This document shows positions 58,272 to 64,000 of a stretch of DNA of 64,000 nt, piece after piece. A program made the position numbers and the translations under genes. The notes beneath the pieces were generated by a model. It worked only from the letters and a program-made list of their open reading frames with translations. It did no database searches and was not told the DNA's origin. Numbering within the stretch: the stretch's first letter is position 1; the number at the start of each line of letters is the position of its first letter. This stretch comes from an uncultured Clostridia bacterium (GTDB lineage: Bacteria; Acidobacteriota; Aminicenantia; JBFLYD01; JBBIMS01): NCBI GenBank assembly GCA_964531645.1, contig CAZHEF010000001.1, positions 12,484-76,483 on the forward strand. The letters run 5' to 3'.

Positions 58272-60686
58272 ATGAAGAGAAAAGATTTGATGAAATTTTT
58301 TATAATCTTTTTGTTATTCCTCTTTGGCCTATTAACAGGAGAAGAACCCTATAAACTGCCTACAAAAGTAATATGTGACATTCTTGATGCTCCTCCTCTT
58401 CCCGATGTGACTATAAGCCCTGACAGAAACTGGCTATTAATGATTGAAAGTGAGAGTATGCCGAAAATTCCTGAGCTTGCCCAGCAAACTCTTGGACTCG
58501 CGGGAATAAGAATTACACCAAAGAATAATTCAATATTAACAGGTTCTCCAAGGAGAAAGGGACTTCTTCTAAAAAATGTTATTACAGGAAAAGAAATAAG
58601 AATCCCGCTCCCTCCAACAATAAATATTTCTTCTCCTCAATGGTCACCTGATAGCAGAAATTTTGCTTTTTTGAATATCCAGCCAGAAAAAATAGAGCTT
58701 TGGCTTGCTGATATAAATGGAAAAACAGAGATTCTAATAAATTCTGGCGTGAATGGAATATCCTATGAGCCAATAAAATGGTTTCCTGACAGTAAAAGAA
58801 TTCTCTGCCTTCTTGTTCCTTCTAAAAGGGGGAATCCTCCCCAGAAACCCCCAGCTCCATCTGGACCAAATATACAGATATCCGATGGAAAACCTTCTCC
58901 CGCAAGAACTTACCAAAACCTCCTGAAGAATCCCTTTGATGAAAAGCTTTTTGATTATTACTTTACATCTCAACCGGCAATTGTTGAGATAGGTGGTGGA
59001 AGTAAAAAATTTATTGGCTCTCCTGCGATTTATATAGATTTTGAAATCTCTGTGGATGGCAAATACATCCTGACAACAAAAGTTGTCCGACCCTATTCTT
59101 ACATCGTCCCTATAGAATATTTTGCTAAAAAAGTTGAGATATGGAACAGTGATGGAAAGCTTGTCAAGCACCTTGCAGACCTTCCCCTTGCAGAAAATGT
59201 TCCAATAAATGGAGTCCCCGTTGGTCCAAGAGCACATATATGGAGTGGATACAAGTCCACTCTCATATGGGCTGAAGCCCTTGATGGAGGTGACCCAAAG
59301 AAAAAAGTAGAATTCAGGGATAAAATAATGATGCTTGAGGAGCCTTTTTCAGGGGAGCCAAAGGAAATTTTTAGAACAAACCTTCGCTATTCTTCCACAA
59401 TTTTTGGCGAAAACATTGCCATTATAAGAGAATTTGACAGACCCTCAAGAAAAGCAAGATTATGGCTCCTTGATTTGAAAAATCCCGAGTCCAGGAAGTT
59501 ACTTTTTGATATAAACATAGAGGATAGATATAACAACCCTGGGAATCCTGTAACATGGGTAAACAAATCGGGGAAAAGGGTTCTTGTTCAGACACCCGAT
59601 GAAAAATCCATTTATTTGACAGGAGAAGGAGCCTCTCCCGAGGGTGACAGACCATTCCTCGACAGGCTTGAGCTGGAGACATTGAAAAAAGAAAGAATTT
59701 TCCACTCTGAAAAGGATTACTATGAAATGATTATAGCTCTAATTGATGAGAATGCCGAAAAATTTATAACGAGAAGGGAGTCAAAGAGTGAGCCTCCCAA
59801 TTATTTCTTGAGAAGAAAAGGCGAGAACCCGGTTGCTCTAACCTTTTTCAAGGACCCAGCCCCTCAACTCGCCGGAGTAAAAAAAGAGCTAATTCGTTAC
59901 GAAAGGGAGGATGGTATTAAACTTTCAGGAACCCTCTATCTTCCTCCTGACTGGAAAGGGGAAAGACTTCCTCTGATCATGTGGATTTACCCTGCTGAAT
60001 TCCAGACCGCTGATACCGCTTCCCAGATAAGGAGCACGGAAAATAGATTTACATTTTATAGAGGTGCCTCCCATTTATTCCTTTTAACTCAGGGATACGC
60101 AATCTTAGATAATCCAAGCCTTCCAATAATAGGTAAATATGGAAATGACACATATGTTCTTCAGGTAGTTGCAGGCGCAAAGGCGGCGGTAAAGAAGGTT
60201 GTTGAAATGGGGGTTGCTGACCCTGAGAGATTGGGTGTTGGAGGTCATAGCTATGGAGCTTTTTCCACCGCTAATCTCCTCGCTCATTCAGACCTTTTTA
60301 AAGCAGGAGTTGCAAGATCGGGCGCCTACAACAGAACTCTAACTCCCTTTGGTTTCCAGAATGAGGATAGAACTTTATGGGAAGCGCCCGATACTTATAT
60401 AAGAATGTCTCCATTTATGTATACAGACAAAATAAATGAGCCAATACTAATTATCCATGGGGAGGCGGACGACAATCCAGGAACATTTCCGATTCAGTCA
60501 GAGAGATTATTTGCTGCAATTAAAGGACATGGAGGTACAGCAAAATTGGTTCTATATCCCCATGAATCCCACGGTTACAGAGCGAGGGAAACTGTCCTCG
60601 ACTGCATTTACCAGATGATTGACTGGTTCGACAGATATGTTAAAAATGTGCCGAAACGGAAGAAATCAGAAAAAGAGATAAATTAA
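58272..60686 (+). CDS. S9-family serine peptidase (propeller + alpha/beta hydrolase)
   Basis: Signal peptide; GGHSYGAF nucleophile elbow, SGAYNRTLTPFGFQNE.RT.WEA, HG.ADDNPGT, P.ESHGY. Confidence 0.93.
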   Translation: MKRKDLMKFFIIFLLFLFGLLTGEEPYKLPTKVICDILDAPPLPDVTISPDRNWLLMIESESMPKIPELAQQTLGLAGIRITPKNNSILTGSPRRKGLLLKNVITGKEIRIPLPPTINISSPQWSPDSRNFAFLNIQPEKIELWLADINGKTEILINSGVNGISYEPIKWFPDSKRILCLLVPSKRGNPPQKPPAPSGPNIQISDGKPSPARTYQNLLKNPFDEKLFDYYFTSQPAIVEIGGGSKKFIGSPAIYIDFEISVDGKYILTTKVVRPYSYIVPIEYFAKKVEIWNSDGKLVKHLADLPLAENVPINGVPVGPRAHIWSGYKSTLIWAEALDGGDPKKKVEFRDKIMMLEEPFSGEPKEIFRTNLRYSSTIFGENIAIIREFDRPSRKARLWLLDLKNPESRKLLFDINIEDRYNNPGNPVTWVNKSGKRVLVQTPDEKSIYLTGEGASPEGDRPFLDRLELETLKKERIFHSEKDYYEMIIALIDENAEKFITRRESKSEPPNYFLRRKGENPVALTFFKDPAPQLAGVKKELIRYEREDGIKLSGTLYLPPDWKGERLPLIMWIYPAEFQTADTASQIRSTENRFTFYRGASHLFLLTQGYAILDNPSLPIIGKYGNDTYVLQVVAGAKAAVKKVVEMGVADPERLGVGGHSYGAFSTANLLAHSDLFKAGVARSGAYNRTLTPFGFQNEDRTLWEAPDTYIRMSPFMYTDKINEPILIIHGEADDNPGTFPIQSERLFAAIKGHGGTAKLVLYPHESHGYRARETVLDCIYQMIDWFDRYVKNVPKRKKSEKEIN

Positions 60687-60730
60687 TTTGTATTTAAAAA
60701 TTTACATTTTACAATTTGCATTTTAAAATT
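60685..60730. repeat. degenerate heptamer array 3' of S9 peptidase
   Basis: aatttgt-atttaaa-aatttac-attttac-aatttgc-atttta. Confidence 0.55.
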
Positions 60731-60764
60731 AATTTTAAAGTTGAAACTGAAGTAGGAGGTTTGC

Positions 60765-62345
60765 ATGAGTTATTTCCTTTACATCATTCTTCTTTATCTT
60801 CTGATTCTTTTCGGAATGAACCTTTACAGAGCAAAAAGGGTGAAAAGCGGAGAAGACTTTATGGTTGCTGGAAGAACCCTTAACTGGAAGGTTATGGTTT
60901 TTACACTTGTGTGCACCTGGATCGGCTCGGGAACATTTATTGCTGGAGCTGAATTTGCATATAAAGCTGGGCTTTCCTCATTGTGGCTACCCGCGGGTGC
61001 ATGGTTTGGAATATTGATAATATATTTCCTCTCTGCAAAAATTAGAAAATTCGGACAATTCACAATTGGGGATATCCTTGAGACAAGATATTCAAAATGG
61101 GCAAGACTTGTTGGTGCAATAGCTCTTATAATTTCCTTTGTAAGTATTGTCAGCTATCAGTTCAGAGCAGGCGGACTTATTCTGAACATTTTAACTCAGG
61201 GGAAGGAAAAGGCATCAATACTTCATTTAAAAGATGGAAGCTCGATGAAGGTGTTTGAGCTTGAAAGATACAAAGAAAACTATTCATTTAAAGATGAGAA
61301 TAGAGAGAAAAAAGAGATCCCCATTTCAGAAGTGAAAAAAATCTATGCTATCGGAAAAATCTCTGTTGAGCAGGGACAGCTCATAACTGCAATATTCGTG
61401 ATTATATTTACAGCTCTTGCCGGCATGATCTCTGTAGCTTACACAGACCTCTCCAATGGAGTGATTATAGTTCTTGCATGTATTCTTTCTCTTCCATTCA
61501 TGCTCCATACTGCGGGAGGATGGAGCGGAATGAAGGATAATCTCCCTCCCGAATTCTTTGCAATTGTTAACAAGGAATTCGGAGAAAAACCATTTCTTAC
61601 AGCTCTCGGATACTTTTTCTCAACATTTCTTCTCCTTTTAGGAGTTCAAAGCATGTATCAGAAATTTTATTCTGCCAGAGACCCAAAAACAGCAAGAAAA
61701 TCTGTGGTCTTCTGGATTCTCGGAACAATAATTGTTGAAACTGTTGTTGTCATTCTTGCTGTTGCAGGTGCATCTGTTTTCAAAAATCTTGGTAGACCGG
61801 AAACTGTTGTTCTTGAGGTTGCCGCAAAGGGTATCCCACCTGTAATTGGAGTTCTCCTTTTAGGTGCTGCGACTGTTGTTGTAATTTCCACTGCAAATAA
61901 TTATCTCCTCAGTCCAACAACAAATATTATAAGGGACATTTACCAGAGATTTATAAATCCTCAGATTGAACAGAAAAAACTTGTCCTACTTTCAAGAATA
62001 ACAGTTGTCATCCTTGGAATAATATCTTACCTACTTGCAACTCGCCTCCAATCTGTTCTTTCCATGGCTTATTTTGCCTATACAATTTATGGAGTTGCAA
62101 TAACACCCGCTCTTATTGTGGCACTCTCCTGGAAAAGAGTAACAGAACTTGCAGGACTTCTTTCAATAATTGGAGGCACTGCTACATGTGTTGGGTTAAA
62201 AATTTACAGTTCAATTTCAGGACATGAGTTATTCGGAATACCATTGATTTTCCCATCTTTACTCATCTCAATAATCATTCTTTTCGGAGTAAGCCTTATT
62301 ACATCACCTTCACCGGAGGAAAAATGGCGTCCATTTTTCGATTGA
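60765..62345 (+). CDS. sodium:solute symporter (SSS) family protein
   Basis: DFMVAGR.L, T...TWIGSG...G.A, T..D.LE.RY, GM.SVAYTD, IST....L...T....RDIY; about 13 TM. Confidence 0.93.
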   Translation: MSYFLYIILLYLLILFGMNLYRAKRVKSGEDFMVAGRTLNWKVMVFTLVCTWIGSGTFIAGAEFAYKAGLSSLWLPAGAWFGILIIYFLSAKIRKFGQFTIGDILETRYSKWARLVGAIALIISFVSIVSYQFRAGGLILNILTQGKEKASILHLKDGSSMKVFELERYKENYSFKDENREKKEIPISEVKKIYAIGKISVEQGQLITAIFVIIFTALAGMISVAYTDLSNGVIIVLACILSLPFMLHTAGGWSGMKDNLPPEFFAIVNKEFGEKPFLTALGYFFSTFLLLLGVQSMYQKFYSARDPKTARKSVVFWILGTIIVETVVVILAVAGASVFKNLGRPETVVLEVAAKGIPPVIGVLLLGAATVVVISTANNYLLSPTTNIIRDIYQRFINPQIEQKKLVLLSRITVVILGIISYLLATRLQSVLSMAYFAYTIYGVAITPALIVALSWKRVTELAGLLSIIGGTATCVGLKIYSSISGHELFGIPLIFPSLLISIIILFGVSLITSPSPEEKWRPFFD

Positions 62346-62365
62346 ATCTTATTTAGGAGGAATGT

Positions 62366-62773
62366 ATGGAACCAATAGGTTTTCATTATTTAGTAGAGGC
62401 ATCAGGTTGTGCTCCTGAAATCCTTGGAGATTTAGATAAAATTAAGGAGATCATGTTCAATGCTGCGAAGCTTGGAAAAATGGATGTCAAAACTGTTTAC
62501 TTTTATAAGTTTTCGCCTTCAGGGGTAAGTGGGATTATTGTTGTTTCAGAATCTCATCTTTCGATCCATACATGGCCAGAGAATCAATATGCAGCTATAG
62601 ATATTTTCATATGTGGGAAAGAATCTGAGCCCGAAAAGGCACTTGATTTTATTCTAAGCTCATTAAATTCAAGCTACGCCCATGTAACAGAGGTTGAGAG
62701 AGGTGTTAAGGACGAAGATATCTACACCCACAGTGTGATTAGCTGGGATGAGACATATAAAAATAAGATTTGA
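62366..62773 (+). CDS. speD: S-adenosylmethionine decarboxylase proenzyme (short pyruvoyl class)
   Basis: G.H...E..GC, KF.P.GV.G....SESH.SIHTWPE..YA..D.F.CG; substrate (AdoMet vs Arg) cannot be fixed from sequence. Confidence 0.85.
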   Translation: MEPIGFHYLVEASGCAPEILGDLDKIKEIMFNAAKLGKMDVKTVYFYKFSPSGVSGIIVVSESHLSIHTWPENQYAAIDIFICGKESEPEKALDFILSSLNSSYAHVTEVERGVKDEDIYTHSVISWDETYKNKI

Positions 62774-62806
62774 AATTTATCTCCCAAAAATATCCGCAAA
62801 ACTTAT

Positions 62807-63511
62807 TCATATTTCTATTTCAATCTCATTCATTTCTTTATACAAGAGAGATTTTGTGACAAAAGCCGAACACTCCTCAATTAGTAATTTAGCCATTTCA
62901 TCCCTTGCTTGAATTACAATTGATTCAGGAACTATTCCTGCACCATCCACATTTATCACTATCCTTTTACTTTCTTCTTCTATTTTTGAAAAATCTCCAT
63001 TCCTCCAGTTCCATCTTCTGCACATAATCTTTTTACTAAGATCATCGTAATAAATAACTTCACCCGGGAAAGGATTTTCCTGCTCTGTTCCTCCAAGGGG
63101 AACAAAAAATTCATTGCCTGTAGCAAATCCGAGTTTCAAATTACCCTCCACCTTTTCTATGTCATCACCTCCACAGGGAATTAAGTATTTAAGGGAAATA
63201 AAATTAAATAGGGCAACAACGGAATTAATAAATGGAATCTGGTCGCCCCTCTCAACCCTTTTTAGTAAAGATTTTATGGAAGGTAGAAATTTGTTGGGGT
63301 TTGAGCCAAAGCCCCTGTGAATTTCATCCCATGCTCTTACAAATTCATGCTCCATAAAACTTTTTCTCTTTTTTAACTCAATTTGTTCATTTAGAAGATT
63401 GCCTATTCTTTGATTGAAACTATAATTTTCAATATCATTTACAATTATCAGTCCCCTTTTAAAATCAAGGAATCTTGAAAATATGTTCTTTTCAATAATT
63501 ATTTTCCTCAT
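62807..63511 (-). CDS. B3/B4 tRNA-binding/editing domain protein
   Basis: W...H..FG.NP.K..PS..SL.KR, IN..V..FN..SL.Y..P.GG.D, PGEV.Y.D, CRRWNWR. Confidence 0.9.
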   Translation of the reverse strand: MRKIIIEKNIFSRFLDFKRGLIIVNDIENYSFNQRIGNLLNEQIELKKRKSFMEHEFVRAWDEIHRGFGSNPNKFLPSIKSLLKRVERGDQIPFINSVVALFNFISLKYLIPCGGDDIEKVEGNLKLGFATGNEFFVPLGGTEQENPFPGEVIYYDDLSKKIMCRRWNWRNGDFSKIEEESKRIVINVDGAGIVPESIVIQARDEMAKLLIEECSAFVTKSLLYKEMNEIEIEI

Positions 63512-63555
63512 TTTTTAATTTTAAACTTTGCAGGTTAATGAATCAACTTAAAAAT

Positions 63556-63584
63556 TTGACATTCAAGGAATGTTTTAGTATATT
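63556..63584 (+). promoter_or_regulatory. sigma-70 promoter
   Basis: TTGACA-17 nt-TATATT upstream of SD AGGAGG and ATG 63613. Confidence 0.65.
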
Positions 63585-63612
63585 TCTAGAATAGAGGTAA
63601 AGGAGGTAAAGG

Positions 63613-64000
63613 ATGAGAAAAGTTCTTTTAATTTTTCTTTCTATTATGTTTATTTTAAGCTTCACCTTTGGTAAGGACAAGAAAAAAGATAATCAGAACT
63701 TTGCTGCGGAATTTACTTTCGGTCCTGCCTTTGGATTCGGCGATGTTTTTAAAGAATACTCCGCAGGATTGCCACCTTATTACTCCTATTCTATCCAGAA
63801 CAAACTTGGCTTCCATTTTGGTTTTGGAGCAAAGTATTACTTAAAGGAAAACCTTGCTATTCAAGGAGCTGTAGATTTTCAGAATGTTTCAGCTGAATGG
63901 GAATGGAGCTATCTGGGGCTAAAGTCAGCCGGTTCCGAAGGCTGGCATATAAACAAATTCTTTTTAAACGGTGTTTATGATTTGTCTCCTATGGGCAATG
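63613..64000 (+). CDS. outer-membrane beta-barrel-like exported protein (partial, runs off window end)
   Basis: SD AGGAGG; MRKVLLIFLSIMFILSFTFG signal; aromatic alternating strands FGFGAKYYLKENLAIQGAVDFQ; open to base 64000. Confidence 0.75.
   Translation, partial: MRKVLLIFLSIMFILSFTFGKDKKKDNQNFAAEFTFGPAFGFGDVFKEYSAGLPPYYSYSIQNKLGFHFGFGAKYYLKENLAIQGAVDFQNVSAEWEWSYLGLKSAGSEGWHINKFFLNGVYDLSPMGN

Noticed and set aside
2541-63320. Many 60-140 aa track ORFs antisense to or nested in real genes (e.g. 2541-2879, 42074-42484, 47905-48315, 58734-59237)
   Set aside because: They are shadow frames of well-supported genes, with no SD or family motifs.
1-64000. CRISPR array, tRNA or rRNA
   Set aside because: No 23-47 bp direct repeats with unique spacers and no cloverleaf or rRNA signatures were seen; the periodic repeats present are 7-, 12- or 21-bp units.

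Overview
AT-rich bacterial chromosomal window. The gene content (GWxTD proteins, a carboxypeptidase-regulatory-domain TonB receptor, a kinase-PEGA-TonB_C fusion, the rplM-rpsI-rpsB-tsf-pyrH-frr order, protein disulfide oxidoreductase, RtcB/archease) suggests a diderm, probably thermophilic member of the Acidobacteriota/Aminicenantia group; this is inference only. Housekeeping genes are intact: glmM-pdxJ, truD, ffh, galU, coaD, hup, Ktr/Trk K+ uptake, the translation operon, tol-pal-cpoB-ssb, ndk, pcm, proS and speD. Many accessory genes are broken by frameshifts or nonsense codons: a LiaF-like gene, a TlpA-TPR gene, an ABC ATPase, a beta-propeller, a 4-gene LolCDE/MacB-type operon, a coiled-coil PD-(D/E)XK-like gene and a HEPN toxin; there are also two IS remnants. 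No CRISPR array, rRNA or tRNA was recognised. The most interesting observations are: (1) degenerate 7-bp-period arrays just 3' of about ten genes, some as inverted pairs; (2) a TonB receptor preceded by four copies of an 18-bp TGT-N12-ACA palindrome, a sigma-54-like promoter and an SD-led basic uORF; (3) a four-gene GWxTD/TPR envelope operon of unknown function; (4) a Ser/Thr kinase-PEGA-TonB_C fusion divergent from an ECF/anti-sigma/Spy operon; (5) several apparently leaderless genes; (6) small ORFs missed by the track, including a 58-aa ferredoxin at the end of the translation operon.
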